Shown: piece by piece, positions 63,291-64,000 of the stretch
Layout: every line of letters begins with the position of its first letter
Numbering within the stretch: position 1 is the stretch's first letter
Assembly: GCA_964199315.1 (NCBI GenBank)
Contig: OZ116707.1
Span: 5,642,001-5,706,000, forward strand
From: Orbicella franksi
Lineage: Eukaryota
DNA: 64,000 bases
Reading direction: 5' to 3'
The notes under the pieces: generated by a model
Database searches by the model: none
The model's input: only the letters and a program-made list of their open reading frames with translations
Told to the model about the DNA's origin: nothing
Position numbers and translations under genes: made by a program

Positions 63291-64000
63291 AAGGGGACCC
63301 TAAGGGGCCCCATCGTTTCTCGTAGGATTTTACCATTAGCAACATTTTTAGTACCTTGTCAACTCTGTTACGACACCATGATGTTCATCTTCCACGCGTC
63401 CACTTTCTTTCCTCGGTGTCCTCAGCCAAAGCCATTCACTCTTCAATTTGCTACTGTGCAGCTTTCTACAGCTGTTACAGATGGCTAAAAATTCATGTAG
63501 AAAAGTGATTGTTCTCTACTGTACATACACCACCAGGAAATGTGAACAAACAAAGTACGAGATAAACTTAATATATTTCTGACTTTTCAATTTGCTCCAG
63601 TTTATATTATCGTAGGCCAGAAATGCGCCCTGAACTTAGAATTTATTACATTTTGACAGGAACTTGCACCCACTCCACCTTGGAGACCCAGCGTTTATTT
63701 GGGACTTGGCGTTTAACCGAGAAAGTACGGTATATGAACTCGCAAGAGGAGAGGGACTGGCAAAAGTAACTGATACAGAGCTTTTCTCTCATTGCGCTTT
63801 CCTAACGTCAAACGTAACCTAACCCTGCCTTAAATCATCTTTGCCAGGGATACCATTTTCCCCTTTTCTTCACCCTTCCCCACCCTCTCCACGCAGAGAA
63901 CATTTTTGCACAGGCAGCCTGATCGTGTGCCATCGCTTTCGGAATGATGCCAATGTTTAGTCACGAAACACATTGTTTAAGATAAAAAAGCTGTACTCTT

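Overview
This is AT-rich eukaryotic DNA, made up almost entirely of nested and mostly decayed mobile elements. The repeat families look like those of an anthozoan or stony coral (inference). I recognise no intact host gene, rRNA, true tRNA or CRISPR array. Retroelements: a near-intact Ty3/Gypsy element with 116-bp LTRs and a 5-bp TSD (3195-7831), two BEL/Pao elements, two CR1/L2-group LINEs, a DIRS-type remnant, and several Penelope-like fragments, three of which carry hammerhead-like ribozyme motifs. DNA elements: a Harbinger pair (transposase plus Myb/SANT gene), a complete intron-containing Crypton, Tc1-like remnants and a Sola-like non-autonomous element with 21-bp-phased motif arrays. Also present are two RecQ-like helicase remnants and a tandem/inverted tRNA-derived repeat. 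The most notable signal is two decayed RAG1/Transib-like transposase genes (31843-34740 and 44360-53551, both minus), each faced tail-to-tail by a companion gene that the ORF track misses. One companion is a spliced chromodomain gene (40836-41759); the other is a ~196-aa orphan ORF split by the Crypton. All translations, alignments and splice joins were done by eye, and family assignments rest on recalled motifs, not database searches.
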